From NCBI GenBank assembly GCA_964188305.1, contig OZ076885.1: 64,000 nucleotides of DNA. One strand, given 5' to 3'. Of the stretch, positions 37,666-51,098 are shown piece after piece (the stretch's first letter is position 1; the number at the start of each line of letters is the position of its first letter). The translations under genes were made by a program, and so were the position numbers. The DNA comes from Podarcis bocagei. Its lineage: Eukaryota. The notes beneath the pieces were generated by a model that had not been told where the DNA came from, searched no databases, and saw only the letters and a program-made list of their open reading frames with translations.

Positions 37666-37807
37666 CAGTGTTTTTTTCTAAAAATATGCTTTAGGGGTAC
37701 TCTCCTTTTCCTACTCATATTGAAATACTGCCCTTCAATGAGGTCAAACTTTGATTCACAAAATGTTTAGGGGTATGCATACCCCTGCATCCCTCCAGGA
37801 AGCACTG
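37666..37807. mobile_element. Small hAT-type MITE
   Basis: CAGTG...CACTG termini; TSD ctagtgaa/ctagtgac. Confidence 0.65.
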
Positions 37808-39585
37808 CTAGTGACTATTCCAGGAAAACTTGTGTCATAATGCAAATGTGAGTCTTTAAGGTGCCACAAGGCTCTTGGCTGTTATTGAAGAAGATGCTAA
37901 AGACCACAGACATGGTTGCTGCAAAACAAAGAAAGAGGGCTATTTGATTATCCCCCTCAGAACAGTTTGAAGCCTTCTGCAGAACTGTAGTCCAACAGGC
38001 AGAGCAAATAGCTGCAGACATGTGAGAAACTGATTGATGTACAAGGATTTCAAGGCAGAATAGTAGAAATGGAAAAGCAGGTGGTGCATTTAAATCAACA
38101 TATTTTCTTCCTCTTTTAATGTTTGAATTAGGTTTGTTATTACATGCCTACAAACTGAATGATAGTGTAGAAAGCAAAACAGTAATCATAATCATTACTA
38201 CTTTAGTATTTCTATGCAAGTTTATTTATTTAGCATTTTCATTTAGGAGCCTTGATGTTCTCTGTTTCTATAGTCTCCATTTCTAGAGGAGGTGACTAAG
38301 ATGAACCAAGTGTTCTAGATGCAGTAAGCAAAGTGAATAGATTACATTCAAGTTTGGTGGCATAATCTGAAATAGACCCATTAATAGTTTTCTCAGAGTG
38401 GCTGAAACTTTCCCAGTTATGTAATGTTTGAGATAAAAGTGTGTCCTTGGCCTGATAGTCTCCTTAAGCATTACAGGTATTAACTGTCATGCAGTCTCCA
38501 TCTGCTTCGTTTCCTCCTCTGTCAACAATCTGAAACGATTCATTCAAAATAGAACAGCAATGTACGGAAGGTGTCGCTTGTCGCTTGTTCTCATGCACCT
38601 TGTTAGTCACATGGAGCTGATCCTCTGTATATTTTCTGAGGGCTCATGCATATGCAATATTGCATGAACTACAGATATAAAAGTCTTCCTGTGTACATTG
38701 AGCAGCTCAGGGAACACTCCTGCTTTTGGCAGAAGTGAGGTCACTGTCATAGAGATCTGCCATAGCAACCAATGTGGGTACTGACAGATTCAAAGAAGGA
38801 ACACTCATGTCAGTCATTATGGAACTTAAGATGCAAAAGAGAGATGTATTTGCACTAGTGAGATCCTAAACATACTTATTCTAAAGTAAGCTCCATTGTT
38901 TGCAATAGGGCTTACTCACAGATATGTGTGCATAGAGTTTCAGCCAATTCAATGACTCCATGCACATAATTTTCAATGACTCCAGGCTCATAATTTTGCT
39001 GATATATAACCCTAGATTCTTAAGGAGTAAGCCAGTGCTTGCTTGCTTGTATCATGTAATGCAATGATGTCATTTTGAGTTTGCTTGCCTTTTAATCTGC
39101 TTACAAATATGTACTGAAAAAGGCGGGCCTTGTTGCCTTGAAGTTGATCTATGGCAAACAGAGAAATGTGTTTATCAGGCTATGTATTGTGCAGCCTTGA
39201 TAAAATATTACACCTTTTCTCTGCCTCTGCTCTCAATCTGTAACATGTAGATTAGCAGCTCTGATCCTCTGCCTTAGGATACTGCTTTGGGAGTAACACC
39301 ACGAGCAGCTCAGGATGGGAAGAACTTGTCAAGGGGAGAAAATATGTTGATTATCACACGCTTATTCTGAATCCTCTTGAAATCAGCAATCATTCACTGC
39401 TGCTAACTTCATGCTTGGCTAGCAGAGCACATATCTAGTGGATTACATATGTAGCAAAATCCTATTTACTCAGAAGAAAACGCCATTTATTTCAACTGAA
39501 TTTGGTCACAATTCTGTTCACACTTTCTGGGAGTAAACCCCGCTGAACTCAATGTGACATACTTTTGTGTAGTTCTGCATACCAC

Positions 39586-39705
39586 ATGACCCGGAAAGCT
39601 GTCTGTCAAACGCTGGCTCCCTCGGCCTGAAAAGTGAGATGAGCACTGCATCCCATAGTCGCCTTTGACGGGACTTAAGCATCCAGGGGTCCTTTGGCTT
39701 TACCT
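39586..39705 (+). mobile_element. Sauria SINE 3' fragment
   Basis: CATGACCCGGAAAGCTGT...GCTCCCTCGGCC...GTGAGATGAG...CAGGGGTCCTTT resembles the 3' part of the 41407 copy. Confidence 0.7.
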
Positions 39706-41406
39706 GTGTTGTAAAGCCCTCTCCCCACCCAGACTGTTCATTGCACTTTTCCACATTTTAAGTCATTATCTATTGAGCTTTTTTTAGGATTTTACCCCGG
39801 GAAATACGGTAAACAGCCAGATTAAACTGGCTGGCGGGCCAGATTAGGTCCCCAAAATGGACTTTGGACATGCCTGTTTTATGGCATATTTCATGAAGAC
39901 CCCATCCTACTTAGAATGCACACAGGGTGTATTCACTATCTCTAGGCCAAAAAATAAAAATAATCAATACTTTTAAGGGAAAGTACTTCAGTACTCAGTG
40001 CTTTTAGCAGGAAAATAATCACAGGCACATAGATCAATCAGGAAGCAAAAGAAATAAAATTGAAGCAGAATGTTGGCTTAGAATGGGTTACATTCACCTG
40101 CATTGCCTGGGAATTATAATTTACATACACCCCTAGTCAAACAGGCTACAGCACTTTAGCCACATACAGCAAAGCTTCTTTCTCCTTTTGTCCTAAGAAG
40201 GTAGCATGCATAGAATTAAGATACTGACAAACCAGATCTGTCAGTTTAGGGACCTGGGGCAAACTTAAGAGAAGAAAAGAAGCAAACAAAAGCAAAGGTG
40301 CAAAACGGGTGACATCAGTTCTAACCAATCTCAGACCTTCCTCTCAAGGTACTCAATGTACGTAAAATATTTACATTTCCTAAAGCATGAAATGTCAACT
40401 AGTTTCCTTGACATTCACAAGTTACAGGGTTGGACAGATTTTAAGGCTGTTGTCTTGCTGTTCGTAAATCCTGTTGAGATCAATTGGATTAAGTTTGAGT
40501 AAGTGTGAAATTAAGTTGGATTTCCCATCTCTTCTAGCAAGAGCTTTGGGTAACTGCTTATATAATTGATTGGCCATTGATTTGGGCAGGGAAATCAATC
40601 GTTCAGGAAGGACACCATTTAACATTTGACAATCCATAGGTGTCTTAAAAAATGATTTCTAAATTATACTCTTGGTATAGCAAACTACTTATGCTTCCTT
40701 CTCCCCACTCCCTTGCAAGTTACCTTTCATTTAACTGGGTATGTATGTGCTTTATATGCTACTCATTATATAGCGTGCACATGCGCGCGCGCACACACAC
40801 ACACACACAGAGCAGCCCTGTTTAGGGAAGTTTTTAATGTTTGATGTTTTATTGTATTTTTAATATTTTGTTGGAAGCCACCCAGAGTGGTGTTGGAAGC
40901 CACCCAGAGTGGCTAGGGAAACCCAGCCAGATGGGCAGGGTATGTATGTATGTATGTATGTATGTATGTATGTATAAATAAATAAATATCATCATCATCA
41001 TGGCAAACACTCATATTTCTATGGCAATCATATTTTAGAAGCAGGACCTGCAGTGTGGAGAGCTGCTGTTCAGGTTCCAGTCGGCTAGCCATGCACTCTT
41101 CCAAAATCTTCCATTGCATCCACTTGTTTTCCCACCCCACCCCCTAAACAGCTGGCATCCCATAGCCACTGAGAGAGTTCCCCTCCATTACTGCCCTTTC
41201 TCCTGAGCTGAGTCTCCAGTTCTGAACACAGCCCTAAGGAACTCTGGCTAATCCTCAAATATAATCCTGGATTTCCCACCCTCTCAACTTTCATGTGTGT
41301 GTCTTTTGGGGATGGGGAGTGGATAAAGAATTGACCAAGCAAATATGCCTATAAAATCCTTCTTAGTTCAGGGAACAAGAGAAGTTACAGAGCTCTCTGA
41401 CCTTAA

Positions 41407-41766
41407 AGGTAAAGGTAAAGGGACCCCTGACCATTAGGTCCAGTTATGACCAACTCTGGGGTTGCAGCACTCATCTCGCTTTATTGGCCGCGGGAGCCGG
41501 CGTACAGCTTCTGGGTCATGTGGCCAGCAGGACTAAGCCACTTCTGGCGAACCAGAGCAGCACACGGAAATGCCGTTTACCTTCCCACCAGAGCGGTACC
41601 TATTTATCTATTTGCACTTTGACATGCTTTCGAACTGCTAGGTTGCCAGGAGCAGGGACCAAGCAACCGGAGCTCACCCCATCGCGGGGATTCGAACCGC
41701 CGACCTTCTGATCGGCAAGTCCTAGGCTCTGTGGTTTAACCCACAGCGCCACCCGTGTCCCTTCTG
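41407..41766 (-). mobile_element. Full-length Sauria SINE
   Basis: tRNA-derived head with B-box (GGTTCGAATCC on -); (ACCTTT)n tail; TSD TCTGACCTTAA at 41396-41406 and 41767-41777. Confidence 0.88.
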
Positions 41767-41885
41767 TCTGACCTTAATTTCATGCAAACAAGGTGTATCC
41801 TGAGCAGATAACCACAGAGAAATTCAGTCCCTCGTTTATCCCCGATACCTGCAAACTGGATTTCTCTTTAGTTACCCATGACAAC

Positions 41886-42390
41886 CAGGGCCGGATTTAG
41901 GTTTGATGAGACCCTAAGCTACTGAAGGTAATAGGGCCCTTTATATGTCCAGCTGTCCTTTGTCAACAACAAATTGTCATTTTTTTGTGTTGAATATATG
42001 CTATATGGTAATATATGGACCTAATAGGTACCGTATCTGAAGCTATTTGCACATAACAAAATATGTATTCTATCAAAGTAATTGTTGAACTGAAACACAA
42101 TTAAGAAGTATATTAATGGTGAAATACAGTTAAGAAGTATGTTAATAGTTAATAAATACCAGTGATATTTTAGGGAGCAGCCTAGCAGGCGGGGCTTATT
42201 ACTTACATCATAGGAGCCTACACAACACAAAACACTGTTGCTGTATGTAGGTTTTATATTATTTGTTTTTTATCTTATATTTTGGAAATGTACATCCAGG
42301 TGTTTTTGCTTTAATTTTTTTTTGGGGGGGGCCCAAGAGAGTGGGGTCCTAAGCTATAACTTGTTTAGCTTAAACGTAAATCCGGCACTG
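41886..42390. mobile_element. hAT-type non-autonomous element abutting the RAB15 CpG island
   Basis: TIR CAG(G/T)GCCGGATTTA; degenerate 8-bp flanks atgacaac/atggcgat. Confidence 0.7.
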
Positions 42391-42399
42391 ATGGCGATG

Positions 42400-43620
42400 G
42401 AAACTCGTGATTCTGCGCCCGCTCCCGAGCTTCTCACCCCATCTTACTCGGCCTATGTTCCAGGGTCACGCCCCGGCTTCGGCAACAGGCGCCGCAGCTT
42501 GGCCTGCTCTCCTTCATTTGAGCGGGCCGCCTTCCCTTCTTCTCCGCCCCTTCTGTTGGTTGTTAGGCACGTGGTGCCAAGCGAGCACGCTGGCTGGCGA
42601 GCGCAATTTCGCCCGAAAAGCGCCGGCTGCTGCATCCCGACTCTGCGCGTCCGAGGCGCCCGCCTTGCGCGCCCCTGTTTCCCCTGCGCTCTCCAATAGG
42701 GAATGGTAGGAGCACCTTTGCAGACCTCCTCGCTTGGCGCTCCGAGAGCGGGGAAGTGATTCCCTCCCCGGCGCCAGCGCCTCGGCAGCAGCCTTCAATT
42801 TCTCCCGCTCTTCTGGAGATCCACCCCCGGCGGATCTCAGCAGCCGAAGCGTCGGCGTCGGTTCTCCCTCCTTCCTTCCTTCCACCTCGCTTTGCCCGCC
42901 GGGTCTTGCGGCTGGGGCTGCCTCTCCCCAGACGCGCACGGACGCCGCGGGCGGAGGAGAGCGCGCTTAGCTGGGATGGCAGCGGGTGCCGCGCGGGGCT
43001 GAAGCCGGAGCGGCGCCCGCCATGGCCAAGCAGTACGACGTGCTCTTTCGCCTGCTGCTCATCGGGGACTCGGGCGTGGGCAAGACCTGCTTGCTGTGCC
43101 GCTTCACCGACAACGAGTTCCACCCTTCGCACATCTCCACCATCGGTACGCCAGGGCGGGTGGGGAAGGAAGAGAAGTCGGGGGGGGGGGGATCTGCCAG
43201 TCCGGCCTCTTCCACCGTCTCCACCGGGAGCGGGGACAAAGGCGGAGGAGGGCCGACGAGATTCGCCCTCGAACAAGAGGGAGCCGCGGAGACTCCTTCG
43301 TAGGGCATCATCGGGGTCCCGGCTGGAGGGAGGGAGACCTCGTGGGTCACATTTGCGGCCTTGGGGGCATCGCCGCTGGACTGGGGAGGAGGGGAGGGGA
43401 GGGGAGGGGTGGCTGGGTTGCATCGCGCGTAAAGACACTGCGTCTTTGGCACGGATTAAGATGACTGTACCTGCACAGTTGCCCATAGCAAGCCCCAAGA
43501 GGGAATCGCCCCGGGCGATTCAGATCTGAGGCTCAGGCTCCCTGAAGCAAAGCTGACACCCCCTTACTAAGGCAGGGATCGCGAAAAGCGCCCCTTCTCC
43601 CCGAAATCCCGCCCCCCTTC
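42400..43620 (+). promoter_or_regulatory. RAB15 CpG-island promoter
   Basis: GC/CpG-rich region spanning exon 1; GC boxes, CCAAT near 42693, CACGTG at 42568-42573. Confidence 0.85.
43022..43145 (+). CDS. RAB15: RAB15 small GTPase exon 1
   Basis: gccATGG Kozak in CpG island; [41 protein letters not shown](G), P-loop GDSGVGKT; |gtacg. Confidence 0.96.
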
Positions 43621-44845
43621 TGTGCCTTTTTCTTCCAGTTACCTGTTGTTAGATGCTGCACCAATACCGGGCCTTGGCTCCTGCGTTGCCTGTGTTGGGA
43701 GCTAGTGTTTGTTCAATAACCGCCCGGCTCTCCGGTCACTGTAAATGTTGCTGCTGCTGCTGCTAAATGCAGTAATGCCAGCTCACCTCAAAGGTGAAAA
43801 TAAATGCGACGTCATTGTTCGAAAATATGAGGTAGGCATAACACCATGAGTCATATGGGGGTGGGGAGAGGATAGAAGAGAGAAAGCCAGAGGGAAGGCA
43901 GACCCGTTTTGCTTTCTGAAATCCCCAGTGGTGGCTATGCTAGTCCCAGGGAATAAAGTCTGGCTCCTCATGGGCTCTTAAAAAAACAGCCCTCTGATAA
44001 GTCCTACCTGAGCCTAAACCCATAACGTGGAATATGCTTGTTTCTTTGGAGCATCTGCTTTTTTGTGGGTGTTAGCAGGCACATATGTGTGCTGAGAATC
44101 TGGAAGCAGCTACTGTATGAGCCCGTTCTATTTTTAGACACAGGAGTGACTTGTGGGAGCGTGCTGGTGAGCTCAGAACATAACACATAAAGCATCCTTA
44201 AGAGAGACTAAACATTGGCTGTGCCCCGTTTTACTGAGTGATGTGCAGGGCATATCTGAAGTGGCCAAGAGCAGATGATGGGATAAACTGGGGTTTTAGC
44301 TGTTTGTAGTACCAGGCCTTTATATTTTGCATTTATATTCCACTTTTTCTCCAATGAGCTCAAGGCAGTAGAGATTTTTGGGTGGTTTCTTTTTGCTTTT
44401 GGGGTTTAGTTGGTTGGGAAAGACATTACCTGCTCCCCCCCACCCCCGTTTTATTTATTGGGAGTGTAGGTGTTTGGCCAGTTGAGGGGCAGTTCTGAGC
44501 ATCACCAGTTTTTCTTCTGTGAAATGGTTACTTTATGGTGCGTTTGACAGTTTCCTAGATTTCAGAATACGTTCTTGCGCCCCAAAAGGTTGGGGACCCC
44601 TGCCATGACAGCTGAACCACACTAGCTCGAATGGTTTGCCTTCACTGTTAGACGCAGTATGCCTCTGGATACCAGTTGCCGGAAACTGCAGGTGTGGAGA
44701 ATGCTGTTGCACCGGGGGCCTGCTTGTTGGCTTCCTGTGGTCATCTGGTTGTCCACTGTGAAAACAAAGTGCTGGACTAAATGGGCCTTGGCCTGATCCA
44801 GCAGGGCTCTTCTTCTGTTAGCTCCGTTGGTCATGAAACACATTA

Positions 44846-45085
44846 CAGTGGTACCACGGCTTAAGAACTTAATTCATTCTGGAGGTCTGTTCTTAACCTG
44901 AAACTGTTCTTAACCTGAAGCACCACTTTAGCTAATGGGGCCTCCCACTGCTGCTGCACCACTGCTGCACTATTTCTGTTCTCATCCTGAAGCAAAGTTC
45001 TTAACCCGAGGTACTATTTCTGGGTTAGCGGAGTCTAACCTGAAGCGTCTGTAACCTGAAGCGTCTGTAACCCGAGGTACCACTG
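44846..45085. mobile_element. Tc1/mariner(Tigger-like) MITE
   Basis: CAGTGGTACC...GGTACCACTG with TA TSD; a related lone end lies at 4458-4484. Confidence 0.85.
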
Positions 45086-48000
45086 TAAATAAAAAGGGAC
45101 CTTTTAAAACATGAATGGAGGTTCCCAGAGAATGACCTCAGTCAGGCCCCACAGTTCTGAAATTAGGCACAAAGCTTTCATCTCAGAAGGTGTGACTACT
45201 AGCGCGCCTTTCATTTTTAGAAATGTAGCGAACGTCCAAAAATAACTTGTAGATCGTGCAGGATTTTTTTGGGTGGTGGTGAGATAATGAAGCGTTGCCT
45301 GAAATGTGGTAAAAGAAGGCTGTGGCTGAGCTTCCCCACCTGCCTCTGACTTTGCCTGCTGAGGCCAATATGTTGATGTTTTCCTGTAGAAACCATTCGT
45401 TTCTACCATTGTGCTAGGCATGCATAACCTATAGCAGGGGTGGGGAACATTTTTTTTCAGTCCAAGGGCCACATTCCCTTCTGGGCAACTGTCCGGGGGC
45501 CACATGCCAGTGGGTGGGGCCAGAGGCCAAGGTGGGTGGAGCAACAAAAGCAAATTTTACATCTATACAATAAGTTAGTTTGTACACACACTTATGCACA
45601 CACTTCTCTATCCTCCACCCAGGCAAGCAAAAGGCAATGCAGGTTTTCAAGGACACATTCCAGGCAGTCAAAAGTATTCAAGGAAAGGGTTAGGGGTGTG
45701 GCCTGGGGAGAGAAGGTGCTATATAGAGAGGTGTGATTGGCTGCATTTGGCCTCTGGGCCTGAAGCTCCCCAGCTATGGCTGATTCCTCAGGCTTGCATT
45801 CAGTGGCTGGCAGCTTGAGAAGAAAGCTGCTTTGGGGCATGTCCATATTGACACAACTCCATCTGAAAGAGCTTTGTAGCCCATATCAGGCATAGGACTT
45901 GCAAGTAAGGCCAACATGCATGGGGGGGGGGGTTGGGCATTAGTATTGAAGCTATTAATTTCAGATTTGAGTATTTGGTCAGTTTGCAAGCTTATGATGG
46001 AATTGATCTGGAAAGTGAGAAGTCCCCATTTTCCTCCATCATCCCATCTGTTTGGGACTGATGGGTGTTGAAGTTCAGTAGCGTTGGGGTGGAGGACTCA
46101 GGTTTCCCATCCCTGCCATACACTGAAGAATTGCATATTCCAGTATTTAGCTTTCTGGCTAATAAGTTACTTTCCTATCATGGTCTATTTTAGGAAATAG
46201 GATGAAATTCCCCTTGCTTCCTGTTTAATTGCTTTTGTAGTCAGTAGTCAATAAAAAAATGAATTGGGATTTTTAAAAGAGTAATTACAGAAATTTGCAC
46301 CAGAAAATTTTCAGTTTGCATTGGAAAACATTCATTTGCTCTAGAGAGTGGTCTAAGTTAGCAAGTTTATATTGCTAGTATTTAGTAAACCAACCTAAAA
46401 TCATTGACACTGCCAAGCTTGCATAATATTTGTTTGCAGTTGGCACCCATTGTTACTAGCAAACTTATGAAAAGGAAAATTGTCCGTACAGAAATAAAGC
46501 TCTGGTTTTCAAAAGCTTTCTTGGAACTTCTGATGCTAAGAAAGCAAGGTTTTCTGCTTAGTCCCATGATTTCTTGTAAATCATTCTTTTCCGAATTTCA
46601 CCCAATTCCTCACTCGTGATATGTATTTGCATCCATATGTTACAGAGTCTCTCCTCTCTTCTGCTCCTCCAGTTGCTTAATATCCTTCAATAAGTCACTG
46701 ATTCCTCTAGTAACTTATCTGGCCAGTCAGCAGGCTTTAAGCTTTATTACAATTTGTAGAATCCTGAGGGTCACCAACTGAAGCCAAGTGTAAAATAGTG
46801 CTTCAGGAAGGCAGACACGCATTAAGAATCAAGCACATATTCAGTCCAGGGCAAAAATCAATTCCTGGTTTCTTTGTTCAAGCCCTTTAATTTAGCGAGG
46901 GAATCCTTTTAGTTGTTGCTATCGTCAAACAATTGAGAAACACTTACTGATCTACTGCAAAACACCCAGAGATCTACCAAGTGGATCGTGGCCTACCTTC
47001 TACCTAATGCTGCTGCTGTCCAGTGTACCATGGGAATAATGGTAGTAAACAAGAATGGCCACTTCCACGTCCAGGGTGTGCCCTAACTACCCCATTTGTA
47101 GGCTTGTAGCAAAATATACTACTCACAATGGTGTTCACTCAGGGAGAATACCTCCTTTTACCAGGGGTGGCTCCACCAGATATTTGTAGGACTCCCATCA
47201 GTCCCAGCCAACATGGCAATGGTAAGGAAAAATAGGAGTTGTAGTCCATCAACATCTGGAGGGCCACAGGTTCCCCCACTCTGCTTTATAGGGGAGAAAT
47301 CAGGTATTAAATGGTCTTCATTCAGGTGAGTAGGCAGTGAAGACTATCACTAGGTTGGGTTTTCAGCCCCCACTTCCCTATTCTCCTGAGATGGGACATT
47401 AGGAGGGTTGCGGAAGAGTGGAGTTAAGTGCCCTCTCTTGAAAAGCTTGTTCTTCGTGTGACCTGCTGCTTAGATCTGCTTGAGCTTAAACCCACTCAGG
47501 TTGACCATGGCCGGTTTTAGCCAGGTAGCTTGTATGTATGAATAGCTATGTAATGGGATATGTTCCTCCTTGAGTTTATATTTTCTCCAGCAGTGGACCA
47601 TTTCCAAAACGGTCCTGTTCTCCCACACGGTGACGCAAGCACACAGTCCTCATCTGCCTTAAGTTAATGAAGTTCTCATTGTGACCACAGAGCAAGTAGA
47701 AAATGCCTTCCGGAGTACAAAGGATCACTTTCAACTTGTTCCTGCTTGGTGAATCGTGCACGATATGTGAGTCACCCTCAGAAAGCTACACAATTTTCTG
47801 AGGAGAAAATAAACTTAATCTTGGATCAGGGAGCTTTTTTTGTGCAGAATGCAAGGCTTTGTTTTGCTGGATCAGGCCAAGTTTCCATCTAGTTCAGCAA
47901 TATGTCTCCCAATAGGAGCTAGCTGGGTTCTGGAGGAAATTCATAAGCAAGGCATGAGGGTCACCGTCCCTTTTGGTTTGCAATCAGTTTCTGATAATTG

Positions 48001-49678
48001 GAACTATACTGCCTCTTAACATTTATTTCTCACAGTTAACAACTACTGGTAGATGTAGGAACCTGCCTCACACCAAGGGAGACCACTGGTCCACCTACCT
48101 TGGTCTTGCCTTCTCTACCCTGATAGGCAGCACCTTTCCAGGCTTTCAGATGGGGCACTTCCCTCAGCCATGTCTGAAGATGCCAGCAATTGGACCTGGG
48201 GCCTTTTCCATGCAAAGTACCTGCTCTCCCATTGGGCCACTGCCTGTTCTGTAGCCTCTAACCTGCCCAATCATGGATCTAAAAACTGTTGTCTTATGCA
48301 TTCACTTCTGGGTTTGATTGCCACAGTTTCTTAAACTATGGCTGACATGAAGAAGGCCTCATGAAAGGCTTATAAAGCTGGTACTCTCAAGCAGCTCTAC
48401 CCTGCCCTGCAACCAGAAGAATGGCAAACTCAGATGAGAAATATTTAAAGGCAGCAGGTAGGCGCTGCTTTGTTTGGGCATATGCATTACTGCTGAGGTG
48501 TTTTGTCAGCCAAGCTTTATTGCACTGTGGCACACCACCTTGGAAAGACGGGTTGCGTAGGAAGCTGTGTGCAGCTTTGGTGGCATTTATCTTGCAGTCC
48601 CCTGTGCTGCTGAAAGGTACCTGCTTCTTCAGCAGTGTGGGCAAGCAGCTGCAGTAGAAACTTCAAAGAAACACACAGAGTCTTTGGTGCTTTCTGCTTT
48701 TGCTGGCTGTCTGCAGAGAACTGGGGAGTTGGGCTGTTGTTCTGATACGAGGAGAAAAGGCTTCAAAAGAATCTAGACCGGATCACAGATAAGTTGAAGT
48801 TGCACAGCCTACTAAGGTTAGATCTCCAATCTCTGACAAAATGAAGGTGAATTCACTAGTACTTTCCCATAGTTCCTTTCATGGGTATGTTCCCTACTCC
48901 AGTAAGATTTTCTTGCCCTGTTTTTGTACTACTTTATATACACACACTCCATGGCTGAGCATGCAAAGGCAACATATATTAGATTGTATAGTAAACTATT
49001 CCTTTATGACCCACATTGGCCTAGACCAGAGGTGGACAGCCAGCGCCCCTCCATATGTTGTTGGACTCCAACTGTCATCAACCCCACCAATGGCCAGGCC
49101 CAGCTCTGGGATGGAAATAGCCTTGGTCACCCTGGTGGATGATGTGCTCTTGAGGAAGGATGGAAGGAGTGCTACCCTGTTAGTATCAAAAGCCAGGAAA
49201 GCTTTCAACCACAGTATCCTTCTGGGTCAACTATTGGGTATTGGACTTTGTGGACACTTTATTACTTTTGTTCTTGTTGTTCCATGATGGAAGTTCTCGG
49301 GTGATAATGTTGGGCAAATCTTGCCCTGTGCCCTATGGCTTTCATGCTGCCCCCGGGCTCTGTTTTGTCTTCCGTGCGTTTTAAGAGCTGCATGAAGCTA
49401 CTGGGAGAAGTCATCCAAAGGTTGATGACATGGAACTCTGTCTTTCTTTTCCATCTTCTGATATCAGGTTTTAGAAACTCTAAACTGATGCCTGGAGGCA
49501 ATTCTGAGATGGATGAGGGTGAACAAGCAGAGGTTAAATCCTGGCAAGGCGGAGGGGCTGTGGGCTGTGATATTCCCCATATGAGGTTCCACTTCCCCTA
49601 AAAGAACCAAATCCGCATTGCAAATGCTGCTGGCTTGGGTGCTGAATAGTGAGGTCTAAGTAGTGTCGGTAGCTAGGG

Positions 49679-49812
49679 TAAGGTTACCAGATGTCCCTGT
49701 TTCCCGGGGGGCAGTCCTCAGATTTACAAATCAGTCCCCTGACAAAATCCATCTATTTAGTAGGAAGTTGAAAAGTGTCCCCAGATTCATTGAAAAAAAT
49801 CTGATAACCTTA
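49679..49812. mobile_element. Small hAT MITE nested in the L2 remnant
   Basis: TIR TAAGGTTA(C/T)CAGAT; perfect 8-bp TSD AGCTAGGG. Confidence 0.85.
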
Positions 49813-50151
49813 AGCTAGGGGTGTGTTTCATCCATTTCAGCTGGTATGCCAATGGTGGCCATTTCTGCAGAGGACAAAATTAGCCACAGTGATCTATTTC
49901 CAGACTAGACACAGATAAGGCACTCTGCACGGGGCTGCCTTTAAATAGTGTCTAGAAATTTCAACTGGTCCAAAAAGCAGTTGCCATAGTTCTGATGGGT
50001 ATACTGTTGTCAGCGTCAACAACATCTATATTATAGAAAGTATACTGGCTTTGTAGACCCATTTTAAAGGGCTGGTTTTAAACTTTGAAGCCCTTCCTGT
50101 TGGAAGCCGCCCAGAGTGGCTGGGGAAACCCAGCCAGATGGGCGGGGGACA

Positions 50152-50167
50152 AATAATAATAATAATA

Positions 50168-50236
<69 letters not shown>
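50152..50236. repeat. Compound (AAT)n(ATT)n(ACT)n microsatellite
   Basis: Direct reading; tail of a LINE 3' end. Confidence 0.95.
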
Positions 50237-50237
<1 letters not shown>

Positions 50238-51037
50238 AAAGGTTTAGGCTGTGAGCTGTCTGGCAGTACCTGTGACATCTTGCCCACACACTGAGACCTC
50301 AACCTGAGGCCTGCTTGGTGTGTTCACCCCGTAGTTCTGTGAGATTGGTGACCATCAGAGTGGGAGCACTAGTTTGAGTTGATTAAAATGAGTTCTGCCT
50401 AGCTACTGACTCAGCTGCTGTAGTGTTATGGAGTTTGTATGAATACTTCAACTGCTCAGAAGTTTAAAAGAACTGTCAGCGCTGTATGGCAAGGCCAGAG
50501 ACAGGTTGGGCTGCTGGTGAGAAGGAGTTCAACAGAGAAGGGAGGATCCAGCTCCATAACAATGGTGATCTACTCTTGGATTGTGTGTGTGAATGTTGTT
50601 TGCATATTCACATCATGGGGTGGTTGTGCAGTAGACTGAAGAGAGGATAGATATAGGGGAAGAAATTCAATGTAGCACCATGGCATTGGTTCCGTCAGTG
50701 CAAGCATTTCAGCTCATCAGATGGAATTATTCCCCCCCCCCTTAACCCTTCCCCCAAGCACTGTTCTGGGGGAATCTATTGAGCCCCCTAAGAGCCAATT
50801 TTTGGACGGGGGAAAGCAATGTTGCGCTAGTGGAACGACTTGCACAATCTTCTGCTAGCGGGACTCCATTGAATCAAGCCCAAGGAAGATGCTGCACATG
50901 AGAAACTCGTACATGGATATTTGTGGGTCTCCATATATATGTTCTAAACATCACATAACCTAATTACACTCAGCAGAATCTACTGGGTAGGGATGGAGTC
51001 GCCCTTGTAACTTATCTTTTGCTTTTGTTATTCACAG

Positions 51038-51098
51038 GAGTCGATTTTAAAATGAAAACTATAGAAGTAGATGGCATTAAGGTCCGAATACAGATCTG
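51038..51098 (+). CDS. RAB15: RAB15 exon 2
   Basis: 61 nt; VDFKMKTIEVDGIKVRIQI(W); AG/GT bounded. Confidence 0.96.

Larger units (their letters stand above)
49090..50236 (+). mobile_element. Decayed L2-type LINE sequence (RT remnants and 3' end with microsatellite tail)
   Basis: Remnant peptide RPSSGMEIALVTLVDD...AFNHSILLGQL resembles L2 RT; the 3' end GGAAGCCGCCCAGAGTGGCTGGGGAAACCCAGCCAGATGGGCGGGG+(AAT)n also occurs at about 40815-40985 (+) and 36580-36675 (-). Confidence 0.65.

Noticed and set aside
41680-41762. tRNA-like A/B boxes
   Set aside because: Head of a Sauria SINE, not a tRNA gene
42563-43498. 311-aa antisense ORF and other long ORFs over the RAB15 5' end
   Set aside because: Stop-poor GC-rich CpG island; low-complexity Arg/Pro/Gly translation with no recognisable domain
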